From contig JBDHJS010000046.1 of assembly GCA_039586795.1 (NCBI GenBank), positions 1-49,001 on the forward strand: a DNA stretch of 49,001 nucleotides. The letters run 5' to 3'. A model generated the notes under the pieces. It was given only the letters and a program-made list of their open reading frames with translations. It did no database searches and had not been told where the DNA came from. The position numbers were made by a program, and so were the translations under genes. The stretch is from Gemmatimonadota bacterium (lineage in GTDB: Bacteria; Gemmatimonadota; Gemmatimonadetes; Palauibacterales; KS3-K002). Shown here piece after piece: positions 46,854 through 49,001 of this stretch; the first letter of the stretch is position 1; each line of letters begins with the position of its first letter.

Positions 46854-47774
46854 TCATCGTGCCGGTTGTATCGTGCTTGGCGAGGCTACGGCTGGTGGCC
46901 GTCGCGCGACCAGCCAGATGCCTACGAACAGACAGGCGCCGGCTATCGCCATGCCGGCGGACGGGCGTTCGCTGAAGACGATCCAGCTAGCCAATCCCGC
47001 AACAATCGGCTGTCCGTAGATGTACACGGCGGTCGTCGTCGCTCGGACTCGGGCCAAAGCAAACATGTTCAGCAGATAAGCCAGTATCGTCGGGAGTAAT
47101 ATGATATAGAGAAGCGACAGCCACGCCGTGGTGTTGTCGGACTGGGCGATCAGCGTTTCGCCCCGTACGAAATACGGTAGATAGGGAAGTGCGAAGATAT
47201 AGACCCAGCCGATGACGACGAGAGGCGGATAGCGGCTGACGAGCCGCTTAGATAGAACCAGGTAACAAGCGTAGGAGAAGCCGTTCAAGGCGATCAGCAG
47301 GTTGCCGAACCCATGTCCTCGAACGAACCCGTCGCCCCTGCCGACCAGCAAGACCACGGTGCCCGCAAGCGCGATGGCGACGCCGAGCGCTCGGACCAGG
47401 CTGAACCGCTCCTGTTTCACGGCAGTGGCAACGGCGAAGGTGAACACCGGGATCAGCGACATCATCAACCCGGCGTTCATGGGAGTCGTACGAGCGAGTC
47501 CCGCGAGGAATAGACTTTGGTTCAGGGCCGCGCCCAGCAGGCCGCAGACAGCGAACCGCAGCAGGTCGCCGCGCTGGGGGATCGCGTCGCGTCCGTAAGT
47601 GATGAACGCGAGACTCCCCAGCGCCAGCGCGCCGGCGGCAATTCTCCAGCTGACTACCCCAAGCGGAGTGAAGCCGCCGTCGCTGAACGCCAGCGTTCCA
47701 AACACGGGGAACAGGCCAAAGAAGACCTGCACCACGGCGAGCGCCGTGTGTCCGGCGACGACGCGCCTGTTCAC
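46854..47774 (-). CDS. DMT/EamA family transporter
   Basis: Two EamA repeats (FTPLGVVSWR, GLARTT...LIPVFT...ER; AYLLNMFAL...YIYGQP...SERP); GTG after GGAGG. Confidence 0.92.
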   Translation of the reverse strand: MNRRVVAGHTALAVVQVFFGLFPVFGTLAFSDGGFTPLGVVSWRIAAGALALGSLAFITYGRDAIPQRGDLLRFAVCGLLGAALNQSLFLAGLARTTPMNAGLMMSLIPVFTFAVATAVKQERFSLVRALGVAIALAGTVVLLVGRGDGFVRGHGFGNLLIALNGFSYACYLVLSKRLVSRYPPLVVIGWVYIFALPYLPYFVRGETLIAQSDNTTAWLSLLYIILLPTILAYLLNMFALARVRATTTAVYIYGQPIVAGLASWIVFSERPSAGMAIAGACLFVGIWLVARRPPAVASPSTIQPAR

Positions 47775-47798
47775 ATCCCTCCGATACGCACCGATCGG

Positions 47799-49001
47799 CT
47801 ACGGCGCGCTCGGTCCTACGACGACGGCGTTCAGGAACAGGCGATTCATCCCGCGAGTGAACGCGCGAAAATTGAGATCCTCGACGAACGCGATAACACG
47901 ACCGCCGCCGACACGCTCTTCATACGCATAGACGGCGTCAGGCAGACGCTCGAGCGTTTCATCCCAAGCGTGACCTGATATTAGGGCATCGTAGGTTGCG
48001 ATGGCCCGCTGCCGGGACGACGGCGGCCCTTCGGGCATCAAGTAGATGCTGCTCGAGTTGACCAACACGGGCAGTTCCTTCACGTCATACCCGGCGGTCA
48101 GCCACTGGTGTTCGTTGAGCTTCGTGTTGAAGATCGCTCCCGGCACACCGATCCGCCGGGCGTCTTCGTTCTCCTCCAACTCGTACCAGGAACGCAGCGA
48201 AATGAGCTCCAGCTGGCTTCGGGCGAACTCCGTCGCTCCCCCGATCGTGACCAGCGTTCCGCCATCGCGTACCCAGTTCGTCAGCCGTTCCTTTCCGCTT
48301 TCGCCCAGAACTCCAGCGAGCGCACCGGAGGTGGCCGGCACGATGATCACGTTGAATCGGTCGAGCTGCATGTTCCCCACCGAGCCGGCCCGCAACACTG
48401 TGACGGGGATGCTGTACTGCTGGTCCAGCGTGTACCATGCCCAGCCGAACGAATAGCCGAAGATCGGGGATTCGGCGATGATGGCGATCTCCGGTTTGCT
48501 GACCATGAACGTGTGATCGCCCGAGCCAAGTGTCGGGAAGCCGGGCTCCGAGTACCCCGTGTCCGTGCCGCCGACCCGCAAGCCGAAGTGCTCGGCGATC
48601 GCGCGGATCGCGTCGTGCACGGTGTCGTCGTTCTGGCCCAGTCGCACGATTACGGAGCCGCCGGCGTACTGAGTGCCGCCAATCCGCGTCGGGGCGTCGA
48701 GGAACGAGGCCCGATAACCCTTCGCCTTCAGGTGATAAAGCGCCGCGGCGGAAGCCGCCTGGCTGCCGTCGATCAGGTAGGCGTAGCGCGGCTGCGTCGC
48801 GGGGAGCGATGCCGCCACCCCAACAGGCGCCGTCAGGCGATCGGCGGAGATGCTACGTCCATCGCTCGTGCTGTACCCGCCGACGTTGAAGATCAGCGGC
48901 AGCGACCAGGCCGTCACGTCGTAGAAGCGCGGGCTCGCGGCCCGGTCGATGCGCGCCCGTGCTTCCTGCAGAAAGTCCGCCGGCGTGGGCACGTCCGGCT
49001 C
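47799..49001 (-). CDS. C-terminal part of a large M14-type zinc peptidase-like protein with class I GATase-like domain (5' end beyond window)
   Basis: Frame open to window end; FYDVTAWSLPL, FGWAWYTLDQ, WVRDGGTLV, VPGAIF, GRVIAFVEDLNFRA...LFLNAV. The catalytic M14 motifs are not in the window. Confidence 0.75.
   Translation of the reverse strand, partial: EPDVPTPADFLQEARARIDRAASPRFYDVTAWSLPLIFNVGGYSTSDGRSISADRLTAPVGVAASLPATQPRYAYLIDGSQAASAAALYHLKAKGYRASFLDAPTRIGGTQYAGGSVIVRLGQNDDTVHDAIRAIAEHFGLRVGGTDTGYSEPGFPTLGSGDHTFMVSKPEIAIIAESPIFGYSFGWAWYTLDQQYSIPVTVLRAGSVGNMQLDRFNVIIVPATSGALAGVLGESGKERLTNWVRDGGTLVTIGGATEFARSQLELISLRSWYELEENEDARRIGVPGAIFNTKLNEHQWLTAGYDVKELPVLVNSSSIYLMPEGPPSSRQRAIATYDALISGHAWDETLERLPDAVYAYEERVGGGRVIAFVEDLNFRAFTRGMNRLFLNAVVVGPSAP

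Overview
GC-rich, densely coded bacterial window. The gene repertoire (many secreted peptidases, LVIVD/YncE propellers, long PIG-L protein, M14 peptidase) suggests Gemmatimonadota, but this is inference. No rRNA, tRNA, CRISPR array, transposase or phage gene was recognised. In order: ispH (partial), a Cys/Met PLP lyase, an SDR, lon, an Mla/Mce-type ABC operon with a broken mlaD, a peptide-scavenging block (M2/M3, M20, S46, OPT), several uncharacterised membrane/secreted proteins, a PIG-L deacetylase coupled to an Fe3+/AfuABC-type ABC importer, two beta-propeller genes plus a baeRF (Balon-like) gene, a two-subunit NAD-linked formate dehydrogenase (NuoE-NuoF fusion plus alpha), a CPA1 antiporter, Hsp20, an OM beta-barrel pair, a P2A ATPase plus CaCA exchanger, an EamA transporter and a partial M14 peptidase. 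Most notable: a 178-nt multi-stem structure filling the lon-mlaD gap; two apparent deletions (inside mlaD, and joining the 3' ends of baeRF and fdhF); sigma54-type promoters before lon and hsp20; repeated leaderless-type starts; two tandem-repeat palindromes; and a possible dormancy/stress module at 32-46 kb. All family calls come from recognising motifs by eye, not from searches.
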